DNA of 64,000 bases from Candidatus Dojkabacteria bacterium (GTDB lineage: Bacteria > Patescibacteriota > Dojkabacteria > JAHIVN01). The stretch is taken from positions 42,337 through 106,336 of the forward strand of contig JAFGDO010000023.1 of NCBI GenBank assembly GCA_016932045.1, read 5' to 3'. Shown here piece after piece: positions 39,935 to 49,662 of the stretch (position 1 is the first letter of the stretch; each line of letters opens with the position of its first letter). A program made the translations under genes and the position numbers. Under the pieces are notes generated by a model, which saw nothing but the letters and a program-made list of their open reading frames with translations, had not been told where the DNA came from and ran no database searches.

Positions 39935-40498
39935 ATGGGAGAGGTAGCAAGTTTGGGTACTGTAAATACAATAAATATTCCTTCCTTTGTCCTAGTGGTT
40001 GGTGGAGTATTGTTATTCGGGATAATTGTTTTTTTAGTAAGCATTATTGTATACCTTTCCAAAAAGATTAGATTTTTGACTAAGATGCGCTTTGGTTTCG
40101 GGGGCAGGCCTATCTTTTCTATTCTAGCAATTCTTGCGATTGCACTTGCGATACCCCTAACATACTATGCATCAAGCAGATCTATAGAGATAGTAAATTT
40201 AGCTCGTGCCGAAAGGGATGTGACGATTGAGGTCCAAAAGATAGAAGTATATGAGGGGTTGTATGATGTTTCTTTTATGGCTATTCCAACTGTTGATGGT
40301 GAAGCTTGGGGAGAGAAATCTTATGAAATCACATGGATGGTCGAGGGTCCATTGACATTTGAAAAGAAGGAAAGTGAGAGAAGTATAAAAGCACCTAGTT
40401 ATTTTCGGAAGGAACTGCCTAGTGGTACGTATGAGTTAAAAGTAGTAGTTGAAAGCGAGGGATTCAAAGTGGTAAAAACTCAGTACCTTGATTTTTAG
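39935..40498 (+). CDS. small membrane protein (2 TM plus about 110-aa extracytoplasmic domain), unknown function
   Basis: two hydrophobic helices at the N-terminus; part of the VirB4 island. Confidence 0.5.
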   Translation: MGEVASLGTVNTINIPSFVLVVGGVLLFGIIVFLVSIIVYLSKKIRFLTKMRFGFGGRPIFSILAILAIALAIPLTYYASSRSIEIVNLARAERDVTIEVQKIEVYEGLYDVSFMAIPTVDGEAWGEKSYEITWMVEGPLTFEKKESERSIKAPSYFRKELPSGTYELKVVVESEGFKVVKTQYLDF

Positions 40499-40514
40499 TT
40501 AATTACTATCATTT

Positions 40515-41936
40515 TTGTTAATTATTTCCGTGGATAAAAAGTATAGAAGAAGCTTACTCAAACCTAGATTTCTAACTGTTTTTTTAGCAGTTGTAGTACT
40601 CTTTAACTTCTTCAGCACTAAGATACTTCCTAAAGAAGTATTCTTAGCATATGCTGCAGATATAAATATCCAAGAGCTCGTTGATCTTGCAAATTCAGAG
40701 AGGCAGGCTCGGGGGGTTCAACTTTTATCTGTTGATTCCCGGTTAGTGGAGGCAGCAAAGGCAAAGGGCGAGGATATGTTGGCTAAAGATTACTGGTCAC
40801 ACTATGGTCCGAATGGAGAGTCGCCTTGGGATTTTATCTTATCGAGTGGGTATGAGTATATGTACGCTGGTGAGAATCTTGCCAAGGATTTTTCATCGAC
40901 TGCTCCTATACATAGTGCGTGGATGGCAAGTCAATCACATAGAAGTAATATACTCAACGTAAATTTTAAAAATGTCGGTATTGCTGCGGTTACTGGAGAA
41001 TTTCAAGGCGAAGAAACGACAATTGTAGTTCAAATGTTTGGTGCCGGAGAAGTAGATTATAATGAGTCTAGTGTAAACGATAGTGATAGTCTTCCTGTAA
41101 CAGGGTCAGAAGGCTCTCTTGAATCTCCTGTAATTATATACCCTCATGATGGAGATATCTTTGATAATGGAGCGTTTGATATAAGGGGAAATTCAAATGA
41201 GGGAACGAAGATAGAGATATTTGACAACCATAACATATCTGGAGAGGTAGCTCCTTTCGATTCTGCATTTGTTTATACAAATGCGGCCGGTTATAGTGAT
41301 GGATTGCACATTATATATGCGAAGGCTATAAACGAAGCCTTTGAGAGTAGTGGTATATCAAATATTATCAATGTAAATGTTGACACTATCGACCCGAATA
41401 TTGTTCGAGAATCGGCTAAATTTGAATATGTCGAGGTAGGATACGACTTTAGAAACTTTGTCTTTTCTATTGAGATTGAAGATAACCCTATTTATGTAAG
41501 TGGCGAGTACAAAGGGGAAGACGTGGATTGTAATTATATAAATGAGAGATGGCAGTGTGTTGTCAATGAAAAAATGGAAGTATTTGAAGAATTAAAGATA
41601 TACGCAAAAGATGCAGCGGGGAATGAGACTATGGAACTCTTCAAAACCGAAGAATTGAATAGTTTAGCAGAGTTTCATCTTGGAGATATGAATCTCGGAT
41701 CCGAGATTCATACATGGTTTATAGAAAATTTTATATCGCGAATCTTTACTAGAAGTCTGAGAGGTAAGGTAAATTTCCTTTTTGCAGTAATAATAGTCAT
41801 TATACTTGGTGCTCAATATTTAGTGCTAGCCAAAACAGGCTTGACAAAGGAATACTCATTTTCACTCCTGCACCTGCCTGTTTTTGCCATTCTGTTATTT
41901 GTTGGGCTTCTTGGAAGCGGGGGAGAAATACTGTAA
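40515..41936 (+). CDS. CAP/SCP (PR-1-like) domain protein with extracellular middle region and C-terminal TM helices (TTG/GTG start)
   Basis: CAP motifs ANSERQARGV ... DMLAKDYWSHYGPNG ... YEYMYAGENLAK ... HRSNILNVNFKNVGIAAV; N-terminal signal/TM and C-terminal hydrophobic helices. Confidence 0.7.
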   Translation: MLIISVDKKYRRSLLKPRFLTVFLAVVVLFNFFSTKILPKEVFLAYAADINIQELVDLANSERQARGVQLLSVDSRLVEAAKAKGEDMLAKDYWSHYGPNGESPWDFILSSGYEYMYAGENLAKDFSSTAPIHSAWMASQSHRSNILNVNFKNVGIAAVTGEFQGEETTIVVQMFGAGEVDYNESSVNDSDSLPVTGSEGSLESPVIIYPHDGDIFDNGAFDIRGNSNEGTKIEIFDNHNISGEVAPFDSAFVYTNAAGYSDGLHIIYAKAINEAFESSGISNIINVNVDTIDPNIVRESAKFEYVEVGYDFRNFVFSIEIEDNPIYVSGEYKGEDVDCNYINERWQCVVNEKMEVFEELKIYAKDAAGNETMELFKTEELNSLAEFHLGDMNLGSEIHTWFIENFISRIFTRSLRGKVNFLFAVIIVIILGAQYLVLAKTGLTKEYSFSLLHLPVFAILLFVGLLGSGGEIL

Positions 41937-41997
41937 TCAAATTAAAAGCTTACTTGATAGGTTTTTACAAAAAGGGTTTAATAATTAAGGATATTTT

Positions 41998-42825
41998 ATG
42001 ACTCAGTTCATAAGTTTTCTAGGAAAAAATAAACGTAGCATTTTTTACGCATTTTCAACTGGATTTGGCCTTACCTTTGCATTGGAACTTCTGAAAGATT
42101 ATGGAGGAGATGAGTTTTGGATGGGAGTTTCACTTACCAGTGTCGTGTTAATTTTGGAGATTTACTTAAATTGGAGATTTGCGACAAGAATTTTGCGTCA
42201 AATCGACTTGCCTAGTATTAATACTTATAATTTATGGGGTCACTTTCTCAATCATATTACCCTTCCCCTCTTATTATTTTTTTCATTAGCTGGTTTTATA
42301 TACTTTAATAGCGATGATTTGGTTAGACTTATAGCTATCATAGCTTTAGTGTTTATCAATATTATCCTTTTCATAAATATTCGCTCATACTACCAGGATG
42401 AGTTCAAGATTGATGTCAGTACACGATATATTTACGATGTTATAAAACTTATTATCTCCTTTTTCGGGATAAATTTGATTCTTCATGTGAAGGTCTTACT
42501 GCAATTGGACTTATGGCTTATGGCATGCTGTGTATGTTTTTTGCTATTAATACTCGGGGGACTACTGATCTATAGAAAGGCTCAGGTAAACATTTATACA
42601 ATTGCATATGTGATTATTTCCTCATTCTTAATAGCTGTTGTATTTATGCTTTTAAATGTTTTCGGTTTTATACTCTTGGGAATAAATGTTATTTCTTTTT
42701 TGCTTTTTTATTTCTCTCTTTCTATACTTCATCATAGGATTGAAAGGTCATTAACTCTCAATGTATTTCTTGAGTACGTTATGTTTTTTATTATTGCATT
42801 ACTTTTATTTGCAGGTCTTAGCTAG
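41998..42825 (+). CDS. polytopic membrane protein (about 7 TM); VirB6-like role possible by context only
   Basis: 275 aa, highly hydrophobic, multiple predicted helices. Confidence 0.5.
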   Translation: MTQFISFLGKNKRSIFYAFSTGFGLTFALELLKDYGGDEFWMGVSLTSVVLILEIYLNWRFATRILRQIDLPSINTYNLWGHFLNHITLPLLLFFSLAGFIYFNSDDLVRLIAIIALVFINIILFINIRSYYQDEFKIDVSTRYIYDVIKLIISFFGINLILHVKVLLQLDLWLMACCVCFLLLILGGLLIYRKAQVNIYTIAYVIISSFLIAVVFMLLNVFGFILLGINVISFLLFYFSLSILHHRIERSLTLNVFLEYVMFFIIALLLFAGLS

Positions 42826-42898
42826 ATAAGTAAATCTTTGTGCGATATGGCTATTTAATAGATATTGAAGGATATTTTAAATATTATTTATAGCTCAA

Positions 42899-43486
42899 AT
42901 GAATATCATAATCACAGGTAGAGGTGTAGAGGTAACGGAGGCGATAAAGGCGAAGGTTCACGATATGTTAGAAAAACACGAAAAGCTTCTCGAAAAGGCA
43001 AATAAAATAGAGGTTGAAGTTAAGCAGAATATGTCTCACGGTGGTGTAAAAAATGATCTTAGTGTAGAGATTATTGTTACAATGCTCAAGGTATTTATAA
43101 GAGTAGAAGAGAGTGGGAATGATGTTTATGCAATTATCGACGAGATGGATCCAATACTTAGAAGGAGACTAGTGAGGTTTAGGGACCGTATAAAAGAATG
43201 GGAGAGAGATAAATCCTGGAAAATTATAGAGAGAAAAAGACTTGAAGAGGAGATAGAAAATATGAAGGAGGATAGGTATGCAGATCAAAGTTTTGTTCCT
43301 CCTACAATAACTCGTTATAAACAATTTAGACAGAACTCTCCGATGCATGTTGCGGAGGCTATTGAGAGAATGGAGCTTTTAGGACATGAGGCTTTTTTGT
43401 TCAAGAATATCGAAACAAATAAATATTCAGTTGTGTATCAAAGAAGAGATGGGACATATGGTCTTATCGAACCAAAGGAAGGATAA
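42899..43486 (+). CDS. hpf: ribosome hibernation promoting factor, long form
   Basis: N-terminal S30EA/RaiA fold MNIIITGRGVEVTEAIKAKV ... ; C-terminal dimerisation domain MHVAEAIERMELLGHEAFLFKN ... YGLIEP. Confidence 0.85.
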   Translation: MNIIITGRGVEVTEAIKAKVHDMLEKHEKLLEKANKIEVEVKQNMSHGGVKNDLSVEIIVTMLKVFIRVEESGNDVYAIIDEMDPILRRRLVRFRDRIKEWERDKSWKIIERKRLEEEIENMKEDRYADQSFVPPTITRYKQFRQNSPMHVAEAIERMELLGHEAFLFKNIETNKYSVVYQRRDGTYGLIEPKEG

Positions 43487-43559
43487 ATTTCCATATTCCG
43501 ATTTAAGGGTTCCAATTGTTAGATAAAAGAGTTCATAACTAAGCTATGTATCTTTTTAA

Positions 43560-44759
43560 ATGAAGATTGCACAGGTTTGCCCTTATAATATCTTTAGATC
43601 AGGAGGTGTCCAAAGCCACATTCTTTTCCTTTCAGATGAATTAAGGAAGAGGGGTCATGAAGTAAAGATTATTGCACCAGGTGTTCGTGGAGCTCGTGAA
43701 GATCAGAATATAATATTGATAGGCAGTAGTAACGAGGTATATTTTAATAAGACGCAAATAGAAGTGAGTATTGCAGTTGGGAAAAGTAGGGAATTACTCA
43801 AGGATACTCTTGAAAAAGAAAAGTTTGATGTTATTCATTTCCACGAACCGTGGGTGCCAGTACTCCCGATGCAGATATTGTACGAATCTGATGTTACAAA
43901 TGTAGGTACATTCCATGCTGCTACAACAAATACACTTGTAAGTCAGTCTTTTGAGACATTACTTATGCCGGTTGCAAGCACAATTGTGAATACTCTAGAT
44001 GCTACTGTTGCGGTCTCTGAAGTTCCTGCAAGTTATCTACGTCAAATTTCACGCAGGAATATTAATATTGTTCCAAATGGAATTGACCTTGAAACATTTA
44101 ATACTGGAAACAAACCATTTAAGAAATATAGTAGCGGAAAAGTTATCATACTTTTTCTTGGTCGCTTGGATAAAAGGAAGGGCGTAATATATTTACTAAG
44201 GGCTTATAGGCGTCTAAGGAAAAAATTTCAAAACATCAAACTTCTAATAGGTGGAAAAGGGGAAGAGCTTAAGAAGTTAGTGAAGTATGTAAGAAAATAC
44301 AAACTAAAAGACGTTGAATTTCTGGGCTATGTTGAGGAGGAGGACAAACCACGATTGTATGCTAGCTGTGATATATTTTGTTCCCCGGCTCTTTATGGTG
44401 AAAGTTTTGGTATAGTTCTATTAGAAGCTATGGCAACTGGTAAACCCGTCGTAGCCTTTTCAAATCCTGGATATGAGACTGTACTCAAAGGGAGAGGATC
44501 TTTACTTCTTGTTAAACCTCGAGATACTGAAGGATTAGGAGAGAAGTTAGCAGTTCTTTGTAATGATAGGGATCTGCGGAATTTTTTAGGTACCTGGGGA
44601 GAGCGAGAGGCTGCCAAATATGCATGGCCAAATATCTGTGATCAGATATTGGAAGTATACAGGACAGCGATTGAAAGAAGAAGGGAGATAGATGTTAAAA
44701 GTAAGAGAAATGGTCTTTATAAGTTGCTAGATAAATGGTTTAAACGATTTGAAAAATGA
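43560..44759 (+). CDS. GT4-family glycosyltransferase
   Basis: GT-B fold; C-terminal GRLDKRKG ... EGFGIVLLEAMA (E-x7-E region). Confidence 0.8.
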   Translation: MKIAQVCPYNIFRSGGVQSHILFLSDELRKRGHEVKIIAPGVRGAREDQNIILIGSSNEVYFNKTQIEVSIAVGKSRELLKDTLEKEKFDVIHFHEPWVPVLPMQILYESDVTNVGTFHAATTNTLVSQSFETLLMPVASTIVNTLDATVAVSEVPASYLRQISRRNINIVPNGIDLETFNTGNKPFKKYSSGKVIILFLGRLDKRKGVIYLLRAYRRLRKKFQNIKLLIGGKGEELKKLVKYVRKYKLKDVEFLGYVEEEDKPRLYASCDIFCSPALYGESFGIVLLEAMATGKPVVAFSNPGYETVLKGRGSLLLVKPRDTEGLGEKLAVLCNDRDLRNFLGTWGEREAAKYAWPNICDQILEVYRTAIERRREIDVKSKRNGLYKLLDKWFKRFEK

Positions 44760-45874
44760 AGATTGGCTTGGTTTTTGATACAACTTTTGATAGTGATGCC
44801 GGAGTACAACAATATTTTAAAGGTTTAGCAAAGTACTTGCTTGTACATGGTCACGATATCCGATTTCTTGTTCCGAAATCGAGTAGGGAAGGTGAATTTA
44901 AAGGAAAGATAATTCAGTTTGGCAGTAGTATAAACCCCGTCGGCAACGTTACAAGTGTTCCGATTAGTTTCTTTGTTGGTGGAAGGAAAAGAATTAAGGA
45001 AGTTTTGAGAAAGGAAAGATTCGATATCATTCATATTGGTGCACCATTTTCACCTTTTCTGGGAGCAAAAATTGTAGAGCTTTGTAATTGTCCAGTAGTA
45101 TCAACGTATCTTGTTCACACAAAAAATTCTATCTATAAACTGGGTGCAAAAATACTTGGGGTGTTTTTGCTGAAGGCATACAGGAAAATTGATGCGCACC
45201 TAGCCATATCAGAAGTTTCTAAAGCTGAAGCTTGCGTTGTGATCCCGGGCGATTACAACGTTATTCCAATTGGAGTAGATACTGCTAAGTACTCATCAAA
45301 AGCCAAGCCAATTAAAAAGTTTTCAGATGGTAAAAGCAACATTTTATTTTTAGGTAGGCTTGAAGAAAGAAAGGGCTGTGAATATCTGATCCGTGCATTT
45401 AATAAAGTAAGGAGTAAGGTTAGAAACTCTCGTCTAATCATTGCGGGCGATGGGCCACTGAGGAAACAATTGGAGGCTTTGGTTAAGAAACTTAAACTTG
45501 AAGGTGTTGTTTTCGAGGGATATATTGATGAAAAGTTAAAACATAGATACTATGCAAGTGCAGACCTTTGTGTTTTTCCTGCTATACATGGTGAAAGTTT
45601 TGGTGTAGTTTTGATAGAGGCTATGGCCTCAGGTAAAGTGACACTTGCGTTTGCAAACGAAGGTTATAAGTTTGTATTGAGAAATATTTCTCAGTTAATT
45701 GTACCAAATAGAAATACAGGTGAACTTGCAAAGAGAATAGAAGAATTTCTTTTAGATAAGAAATTAAGAAGGAAATATGAAGCCAAGTGTTTACGTGAAG
45801 CGAAAAAATATGGATGGGAAGCAGTTGGTCTCGAGATTCTTAAAATTTACGAAGATTTACTTGTTAGAGCATAA
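44756..45874 (+). CDS. GT4-family glycosyltransferase (tandem paralogue, 4-nt overlap)
   Basis: GRLEERKG ... ESFGVVLIEAMA motifs; colinear with the preceding gene. Confidence 0.8.
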   Translation: MKIGLVFDTTFDSDAGVQQYFKGLAKYLLVHGHDIRFLVPKSSREGEFKGKIIQFGSSINPVGNVTSVPISFFVGGRKRIKEVLRKERFDIIHIGAPFSPFLGAKIVELCNCPVVSTYLVHTKNSIYKLGAKILGVFLLKAYRKIDAHLAISEVSKAEACVVIPGDYNVIPIGVDTAKYSSKAKPIKKFSDGKSNILFLGRLEERKGCEYLIRAFNKVRSKVRNSRLIIAGDGPLRKQLEALVKKLKLEGVVFEGYIDEKLKHRYYASADLCVFPAIHGESFGVVLIEAMASGKVTLAFANEGYKFVLRNISQLIVPNRNTGELAKRIEEFLLDKKLRRKYEAKCLREAKKYGWEAVGLEILKIYEDLLVRA

Positions 45875-45940
45875 TTGTTTAGGCTTGCAGTTTATTATTC
45901 AAAAAAAAAGGCAAACTGAAACGATTATGACTAAGAATAA

Positions 45941-46522
45941 ATGCGTCTATTCCTTGCTATATTCCCTCCAGAGGAGGTTCTAGAGTTCTTAAAGGGAATT
46001 CAGAGAGATTTAAATCAATTTAATAAATTTCTTAAATTTACCGAACCTGAACTTATTCACATTACCCTTAAGTTTTTAGGTAGTGATGTAAGTAGGGACT
46101 GTTTGGAAGAATTTTTACCGCTTTTAAAGCAAAAGGTCTCATGCTTTGAACAGTTCAATGTAAGGATACATGAGGCTAGATTTGGTTTTCCAGATCAGCG
46201 TTGGCCTAGAATTCTTTATGTTTCAGTTAAGAACAATGAAAGAATAGACAAGCTGTCCAGTACTATTAATGCAGCTATAGAAGGACTTGATCTTCCCGAT
46301 ATCTTGAGTGAGAAATGGTTGGATAAGCCGACATTTCATTTTACCATTGCGAGGACCAAAAGCAGGATTACTGAGAGTGTAATTTTTGATATCAGACGGA
46401 AACTGAAACAAATAGAACTGTGGGAAGGATTTCTCGTTAAAAAAATTAAGCTTGTTGAAAGTAGCCTCTACAAAGAGGGACCAAAATATGAAGTAATAGA
46501 GGAACTAGAGTTGGGGAAATAG
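45941..46522 (+). CDS. thpR: 2H-phosphoesterase family RNA 2',3'-cyclic phosphodiesterase (ThpR/LigT-like)
   Basis: Two H-x-T-x motifs (HITLKFLG and FHFTIAR) about 80 aa apart; 193 aa. Confidence 0.75.
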   Translation: MRLFLAIFPPEEVLEFLKGIQRDLNQFNKFLKFTEPELIHITLKFLGSDVSRDCLEEFLPLLKQKVSCFEQFNVRIHEARFGFPDQRWPRILYVSVKNNERIDKLSSTINAAIEGLDLPDILSEKWLDKPTFHFTIARTKSRITESVIFDIRRKLKQIELWEGFLVKKIKLVESSLYKEGPKYEVIEELELGK

Positions 46523-46639
46523 GGTCAAATTTTAAGAATAACATTTTTTGCCTACTCCAAAGGCGGACCAGTCTATGGCTGGTTTAACCTTTAGGCTTTA
46601 TTATGATAAGATTAATAGCTAATTTTATAAAATTTATAC

Positions 46640-49561
46640 ATGCTAGGTTTCTTAAAGAGATTCTTTGATAACAACGAGAAACAATTGAGAAGCGGGATGG
46701 AAGTTGTAGAGAGCATAAATGCCTTAGAGAAAAGTGTTAGTAAGATGAGTATTGAAGACATTCGAAAACGAATTGACGATATGAAGGTTGAACTAAAATC
46801 CTTACTAAAAAAGGTACCAAGCGAAGCAAAATCTTCTGTCAAATCTAGGGATTTCACAAAAGGACTACCTCAGTATGAATTGGATATAATAGCGAAACTA
46901 CAAGGGTATGTTCCCGAGGTGTTTGCTTTTATAAGAGAGTTGATGACAAGAAAGACGGGGGGGAAAAGAAGGCACTTTGATGTTCAGTTACTTGCCGGAG
47001 TGATTCTTGCTCAGGGAAATAAATTAACAGAGTTAAAAACAGGTGAAGGAAAAACACAGGTTTTCCATCTTCCCTTAGCTTTGTATGCTCTTACAGGAAG
47101 AGGGGCGCATCTTGTTACGGTAAACGACTATCTTACTCGTAGAGATGGTGAATATGCAGGGCATATAATGTCTGAACTAGGTTTCTCAGTGGGTGTAATT
47201 GTCCCTAGAAAGGCATTTAAATTTGTTCCTGATAGCGAACTAAAGAAGGTTAAGGGAGAAGAAGTATATAACGAACGGATGGAAGTTGACATCATAAACC
47301 CCGGAGATGTGCGCGGGTGGAACTTAGTAGAATGTACTAAAAATGAGGCTTATGAATGTGATATAGTTTACGCTACTAACAACGAGATAGGATTTGATTA
47401 TCTTAGAGACAATATGGCTTCCAACCTTGATCGTATAGTTCAGCGCGAACTATATTTTTGTATTGTAGATGAGGTCGACTCAATTCTAATTGATGAAGCC
47501 AGGACTCCACTTATCATTTCAGCCCCTGCCGAAAAATCAAATGAGCTGTATACAAAATTCGCAAGAATTATTCCGCAGCTTGAGGCGACTGATGATTATA
47601 CTGTTGACGAAAAGGCACATAGCGCAGTTTTGACAGACAAAGGAATTGAAAGGGTAGAGAAAATTCTTGGTGTGAAGAACCTTTGGGAAGATTATCAACT
47701 AGCTCATCACCTTGAGAATGCATTAAAAGCATATACATTATATAAGAGGGATGATGAATATATTGTTAAAGACAATCAGGTTCTAATTGTTGATCAATTT
47801 ACCGGGAGAGTTCTCCCAGGAAGAAGATATAGCGAAGGGTTACATCAGGCTATAGAAGCAAAGGAGGGTACAGATATAAAGCAAGAATCAAAAACTTTGG
47901 CAACAATCACTTTTCAGAATTTCTTTAGGTTATACAAAGTACTTTGTGGGGGTTCTGGAACTGTTATGACAGAAGCTGAAGAGTTCTACAAGATTTATTA
48001 TCTTGATTCGGTTGAGGTACCAACCAACGTGCCTGTTATCAGAAAAGATATGACTGATAGGGTTTATAAGAACCAGGAAGCAAAATTTGAAGCAGTTGTA
48101 AATGAAATCCAAGAGAGGCATGAAAAAGGCCAGCCAATTCTTGTTGGCACTACCTCTGTTGAAAAGAGTGAATATTTATCAAGAAAATTGGATAAAATAG
48201 GCGTTGAACATGAGGTCTTAAATGCTAAGCAGCATGAAAGGGAAGCTCAAATTGTAGCAAAGGCTGGACAAGAGAAAGCTGTTACAATTGCTACAAATAT
48301 GGCTGGAAGGGGTACTGATATTAGATTGGGAGAAGGTGTGAAAGAAAAAGGCGGACTAAGTGTAATTGGAACTGAGAGGCATGATGCAAGAAGAATTGAT
48401 AATCAGTTAAGAGGTAGGAGCGGAAGGCAAGGTGATCCAGGGGCTAGCAGGTTTTATGTAGCATTGGATGATGAGATTATGAGAATTCAAGGTGGGAGTA
48501 TCATTCAAAGTCTTATGGAGAGGACAAATATCCCTGATGACATGCCTATTGAATCTGGTCTAGTTGGTGGAGCTATTGAAAGGGCGCAAAAGAGGATGGA
48601 AGGTTATCACTTTGATATCAGGAACAATGTAGTAAAGTACGACGATGTGATGAATCAACAAAGAGAAATATTTTATACTAGAAGACGAAACCTACTTAAA
48701 CTTACAAGTGAAGTGAGGAAAGGTGATGATCAGGAAAAGGTAAAGAGATCCAGAGAGGAATTGGAGAATCGCTTTAGACAGGAGATATTTGATGAGGTCG
48801 AGGCAGTTATTGCGAGTCACTTTGCGGAAGGGGAGGAAGCACAAGTTGGTCAGTTAGTTGAAGATTTTCTTGATTTCTCGGACGATCGTGCTATCCTTGC
48901 TGCTTTTGTAGCGTTATCAAAAGAGGAGCCAGAGTTAAAAATAAAATTTAAAGAATTAGATAAATTCTCTCCAAAAGAGCAGTTGACAAAAGCCTTAGAA
49001 GGAAGGAGCAGGCAGGAGATACAAGGACTTCTTGAGAAAATCACAGAGGAGATGCTTAAAGCAAAAAGGAGAGAGCTGGGAGAAAGTGAATTCCTACATG
49101 TTTCTACTTTAGTAATACTTGAGGTCATGGATCAGCTTTGGACAGACCACTTAGATGCGATACAAGATTTGCGAGAAGGAATAGGCCTTAGGGGGGTAGC
49201 TCAAAGAGATCCCTTAGTAGAATACAAGAATGAAGCATTTATGTATTTTGATGAATTTATGAGTTCTGTTAGACAGCGCTTTTCAAGAAGGATATTTAAG
49301 GTACATAGAGTTGAGGAGAAAGGTCCAAGAGTGAATTTGAGGACAAATATAGATGAGATCCAGGATATCATGACAGGAAGTAGAGAAATGACCGAGGTTG
49401 TTCAGAAATATCTACAAGGCAAAAGGGGATCTTCTCAAGGTAAGGCTCAACAGGCAAAGAAACCAAAAGTGAAAACAGTAATTAAAGGGCAGAAGATCGG
49501 AAGGAACGATCCCTGTCCATGTGGAAGTGGTAAAAAATATAAGAAGTGTTGCGGTAGGTGA
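46640..49561 (+). CDS. secA: preprotein translocase ATPase SecA
   Basis: DEAD-like motor motifs, 973 aa, C-terminal zinc-binding CPCGSGKKYKKCCG. Confidence 0.95.
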   Translation: MLGFLKRFFDNNEKQLRSGMEVVESINALEKSVSKMSIEDIRKRIDDMKVELKSLLKKVPSEAKSSVKSRDFTKGLPQYELDIIAKLQGYVPEVFAFIRELMTRKTGGKRRHFDVQLLAGVILAQGNKLTELKTGEGKTQVFHLPLALYALTGRGAHLVTVNDYLTRRDGEYAGHIMSELGFSVGVIVPRKAFKFVPDSELKKVKGEEVYNERMEVDIINPGDVRGWNLVECTKNEAYECDIVYATNNEIGFDYLRDNMASNLDRIVQRELYFCIVDEVDSILIDEARTPLIISAPAEKSNELYTKFARIIPQLEATDDYTVDEKAHSAVLTDKGIERVEKILGVKNLWEDYQLAHHLENALKAYTLYKRDDEYIVKDNQVLIVDQFTGRVLPGRRYSEGLHQAIEAKEGTDIKQESKTLATITFQNFFRLYKVLCGGSGTVMTEAEEFYKIYYLDSVEVPTNVPVIRKDMTDRVYKNQEAKFEAVVNEIQERHEKGQPILVGTTSVEKSEYLSRKLDKIGVEHEVLNAKQHEREAQIVAKAGQEKAVTIATNMAGRGTDIRLGEGVKEKGGLSVIGTERHDARRIDNQLRGRSGRQGDPGASRFYVALDDEIMRIQGGSIIQSLMERTNIPDDMPIESGLVGGAIERAQKRMEGYHFDIRNNVVKYDDVMNQQREIFYTRRRNLLKLTSEVRKGDDQEKVKRSREELENRFRQEIFDEVEAVIASHFAEGEEAQVGQLVEDFLDFSDDRAILAAFVALSKEEPELKIKFKELDKFSPKEQLTKALEGRSRQEIQGLLEKITEEMLKAKRRELGESEFLHVSTLVILEVMDQLWTDHLDAIQDLREGIGLRGVAQRDPLVEYKNEAFMYFDEFMSSVRQRFSRRIFKVHRVEEKGPRVNLRTNIDEIQDIMTGSREMTEVVQKYLQGKRGSSQGKAQQAKKPKVKTVIKGQKIGRNDPCPCGSGKKYKKCCGR

Positions 49562-49577
49562 GAATGCCACCTTTTTT
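49557..49577 (+). terminator. weak hairpin plus T6 just after the secA stop
   Basis: AGGTG-agaatgc-CACCT followed by TTTTTT. Confidence 0.3.
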
Positions 49578-49662
49578 ACTATCATTGGGATAAAATGAAT
49601 GCTTGGTGAATATGCAATTTTAGTTTATTGTATCAAGTCTTCTATTCAAGCTAAATTCCAAT

